From Octopus sinensis (Eukaryota): DNA of 64,000 nt. How positions within the stretch are numbered: position 1 is the stretch's first letter; the number at the start of each line of letters is the position of its first letter. The translations under genes and the position numbers were made by a program. This document shows, piece by piece, positions 60,463 to 64,000 of this stretch. The DNA lies in contig NC_043002.1 in assembly GCF_006345805.1 (NCBI RefSeq), positions 95,046,001 to 95,110,000 of the forward strand. Reading direction: 5' to 3'. The notes beneath the pieces are model-generated. The model did not search any database. It was not told where the DNA came from and worked only from the letters and a program-made list of their open reading frames with translations.

Positions 60463-61256
60463 TTAACTCTCTTGATACCAACCTGTCTGACAAGGTCTTT
60501 GGCTTTGTGATACAAGTTTACTGCTTTAAAGTGATCTAAATGAAAAGAAAACAAAGAAAAATCATTCCATGTTTATTCATGTTCCAAACAGCAAATTGAT
60601 AATGATGAAGTTATTTTACTAAATTCATTATTTTCAAAATCTTTTTGAAACAAAAGCAGACTACTTTAATAGAAATATAAATAACAAAAGGCTAAATTTT
60701 AGTATTCAGATTATTCTCTGGTACATAGTTCAGTGGTTAGAACTTTGGGCTTACAATCATGAAGTAGTGCGTTCAATTCCCAGACTTGGCTATATTTTGT
60801 GTTCTTCAGCAAAACACTCCATTTCACGTTGCTGCAGTTCACTCAGCTGTAAAAATAAGTTGCAACATCACTGGTGCCAAGCTGTATCGTCCTTTATCTT
60901 TCGCTTGGATAACATCGGCGGCATGGATGACTGTTAGTCTTCTATAAACAAACTTGCCTGGACTTGTGTGTTAGAGGGGAACTTTCTAGGTACAATTTTC
61001 ATGGTCACTCATGACTGAAGGGGGTCTTTTTACATCTTTTTTTTTTTATTCTCTCAAATATAATGCTTATTTATTCACATTGTTTTGAATCAACCATGCA
61101 TTATTTTGTAGCTTCAAGATTTTGAAGAAGTAATTGTTTCATCTTTGTAAAGTGACATTGTAGGGTAGGTGTGAGGGGCCAGATCTGGTTGGTGTGAACA
61201 TAAAACTGACATAATATTTTTGCTGGATATGGTCAGTTTAAATACGAAATGGTTAA
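60463..61256. mobile_element. MITE family 2 (60463-60695) abutting MITE family 1 (60696-61256), which contains a group-C SINE (60721-61045)
   Basis: TTAA at 60463, a shared CTAA junction at 60692 and TTAA at 61253. The SINE is flanked by TTATTCTCT on both sides. Confidence 0.82.
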
Positions 61257-61722
61257 ACAAAAGAAACAGTTGATCCGGTAGGTTTTTGTATGCTAACTTA
61301 GATTTTATTGTAGAGTGATAATCCAGTAAATGTGAATATTGGAATAATGATTAAATGTGATTGAAACATAATAATACATGCTAATGGACATGACTAATGT
61401 ACAAGCTAGTTATTGTAAGTATCGCACAATATCAGAGTTATTAACAAATCAGAAATTCAATAATGTATGACAATGCAATTAATGGAGTGTTTGATTGATT
61501 CCAGTTTCAGCTTATGAGCTGTGGCCATGCTGGGGCTTCAATCTATAGATGATATAGATATAAAATCATTTATATCTAGATGATTTTATGAACAATAAAC
61601 AATACTGATTTAGACATGTGCTGCAGATAAAGACACATGTTAATTAAACAATACCTTGTGTAGTAGTAGTCAAATTCTGGAAGATGATAGACAAAAAGAG
61701 ATCAAGAGAAACAATGGTTAGA

Positions 61723-62072
61723 TTCTGTTGTGTCTGGGGAGAATAATTTTTTGTTTTGTTTTGTGCCTTATAATGTAACACACTCACCGATAAAATTTCC
61801 ACTTATTTCTTATTTTTATTTTCCTAAAATTTTCATTGCATCTTGCAACCTTTTCAATAGTCTTGACTGTGTCCGTTATTTAGACTATTGAAAAGGTTGC
61901 AAGACGCAACGAAAATTTTAGTAAAATAAAAATAAGAAATAAGTGGAAATTTTACCGGTGAGTGTGTTACATTATAAGGCACAAAAAGAAAATGACTCTC
62001 CCCAGACACAACAGAACATGCTTCAACACACGAACTCACATAAAGAATCTTGCAAACCAAATCCAAAAACGA
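61723..62072. mobile_element. Fold-back element: ~140-bp inverted arms, 18-nt loop, one-sided 56-bp extension and 12-bp TSD
   Basis: 61723-61863 pairs with 61882-62016 with few mismatches. AATGGTTAGATT occurs at 61713-61724 and 62073-62084. Confidence 0.85.
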
Positions 62073-62124
62073 AATGGTTAGATTGGCATCAGTAAGGTGA
62101 TAATTATGAATCACGGCATCTTCA

Positions 62125-62340
62125 GTCCTTTAACATTCACATTAGTCAGTCAAAACTAATGCTTATTGTTCATTTTGTTTTGAATTAATCATACATTATC
62201 TTGTAACTATGAGATTTTGATGAGGTAACTGTTGTTAATTTTTTGAGAATGATATTTTTGGGTTGGTGTGAAAAACCAGATCTAGCCAGTCTGAACATAA
62301 AACTGGTAGAATATTTTTGCCAGATATGGCCCGTTTAAAA
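62125..62340 (+). mobile_element. MITE family 1 (diverged)
   Basis: Internal homology to family 1 (TTGAATTAATCATACATTATC, AACATAAAACTGGTAGAATATTT). Confidence 0.75.
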
Positions 62341-63558
62341 GTGAAATCTGTCCATCTATGATGATGATAGAGATGACAATGAACTTTAAGAAAAATCAGT
62401 TTGATATATCTTCTAAACTTTAAATAAATTGATTTGTTGTTTGTTGTTCTTTTTCACTTTATCTAAATTCTCATCTAATATTGAATGAAATTAAGATAAA
62501 TTCATTCAATAATCATCATTTATCGCTGCTTTGACATCTTGTTGATTGCACAAGGCATAGAATCTGCCATAGCAATTATCTATCTATCTGTCTGTTTGTC
62601 TTTCTGTCTGTATATATGTGTGGATAGATTGATAGATAACATATATATATAAGGTCTAAAATATAAACTCTTATCAAATAAATCTGTAAGCTTGATCCCT
62701 ATTTCAAATTACTATAGATCATATAAAAATAAAAGGGAACTTGAGAAGAATTTCATGAGCCAAATTTATTCTGGAAGATTTATTTATTTAGTTAATTTAT
62801 TTATGTATTTATTTATTTTGCATGAATATTAATCAATATTATTCATGTCTAATAAAATGAAACAAATCAATCCAGTTTTTTTGTGATTTTTTTTGTTTTT
62901 TTTTTGCTTTCACATTATTTTTAGTTGTTTTTTTTTTCCATTTCTTTTATTCTTTTATTTTTTATCACTATTATTTTCATCTGACTCATAATCAGCTAGA
63001 TCAATACCGATAGCTAGATTTATTGCCTCTTTGAAGTCTGCATAACATTTTGTGCTAGAAGTGGTTTATTTAGCAACATTGATAATACCCCTGTGCTACA
63101 TGTAGTTTCAACACAAAATGTCTCTTCTGATCTGAAAAACTGGTGTAATGAATTCAGTAGTTTAAAAACCAAAATATGATGCCACTTATTTACAAAAGGC
63201 CTCTTTTTTTTATATTAGTGTTAACAATTTTATTACATAACATAAATTGTCTCTTTCAGACTATTGCTAATAGTTTAATCATTATTGTCATTCCCACTGC
63301 CAATACAGTCACTAACTACTGTTATAAATGTTATCATAAATCACAATGTGTCACACAGCATCTATTGTATCTCCCACAACATACTTTAAGACTCTTCAGA
63401 GTGCTGTTTTTACTGCATATAAAATATCTCCAGGTTTCTCTCACAAGGTAGCCAACTCATTCCAGCTGTTGAAATGGTGAAAATTCAGCTATAGAACTTT
63501 CCTCAAGTTATTGTTTTTTTTCCCCCCAGTTCAGCCATGATCAGCTATATATCTATGA

Positions 63559-63720
63559 TTAACACTTTTGCTGCCATATTTCTGTTGAAATACATTGTCT
63601 TTTTTTTTCTATTCATTTTGAAAAATATTGAAGAATTTAGTAAAATAACATCATTAAGTGAGCGTTTGAAGCATGAATTAACATGAAAGTTTGATGTAAA
63701 GTTTTCCTTAAGATCACCCT
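63559..63720 (+). mobile_element. MITE family 2 (partial)
   Basis: TTAA start, CATATTTCTGTTGAAATACA and GAAGAATTTAGTAAAATAAC are shared with the other family-2 copies. Confidence 0.72.
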
Positions 63721-64000
63721 CCATTCTCCCTCATGTATCTACGTGTGCACGATACATCCTTTTTAAACCCCTCCCCCAGCATATCTTCCTAATATCCACT
63801 CCCTCTACTAGTATCCACTCATTACATTCCACCCACCACCTGTGCTCCCACTCTCCTTTGGAAATCTTGTGAACTCGCCCATCTGCTTACTCTCTCCAGT
63901 CCCTGGTCCACATCACTATATACGGCACCTTGTACCTTGAGTGTACGGTCCATGCCCCATCCCCGTCATATCTTCACCATCTCTCCTCTCTCTCTCCATT

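Noticed and set aside
63019-63180. 53-codon terminal exon candidate (IYCLFEVC...SSLKTKI*)
   Set aside because: The acceptor choice is ambiguous among several nearby AGs, and I found no linked upstream exon or homology.
1-64000. Supplied ORFs as standalone genes
   Set aside because: All are 176 aa or shorter. Most overlap microsatellites (YIYI, THTH, LSLS runs) or SINE/LINE copies, and several use non-ATG starts, which is inappropriate for this eukaryotic context.

Overview
This is AT-rich, CpG-poor eukaryotic DNA with dense microsatellites. There is no long ORF, operon, rRNA, true tRNA or CRISPR array, and almost every ORF in the supplied track is a microsatellite or transposon by-product. 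The repeat families match those I recall from Octopus (coleoid cephalopod), which is an inference I cannot verify here. Mobile elements dominate. There are three groups of tRNA-derived SINEs (labelled A, B and C here), decayed RTE-type LINE fragments and 3' tails, and an R4/Dong-like 3' end sitting in an AAT tract. DNA transposon content includes a decayed piggyBac transposase, three families of TTAA-flanked MITEs and a non-autonomous Helitron with three internal ~270-bp repeats. Several elements look Penelope-like: two long fold-backs, and a tRNA-headed element carrying a degenerate hammerhead ribozyme motif. Many elements are nested, with readable target-site duplications. Short, splice-site-bounded, phase-compatible exon candidates suggest the window lies in an intron-rich gene (best cluster 12.3-12.7 kb, + strand), but I cannot identify the product and these calls are low confidence. 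The most interesting observations are the tRNA-head plus hammerhead element (46.4-46.7 kb), the eight-copy head-to-tail SINE chain with the Dong-like insert (28.3-30.4 kb), the perfect 56-bp hairpin (33.0-33.2 kb) and a minisatellite made of near-consensus p53-family half-sites (25.5-26.0 kb).
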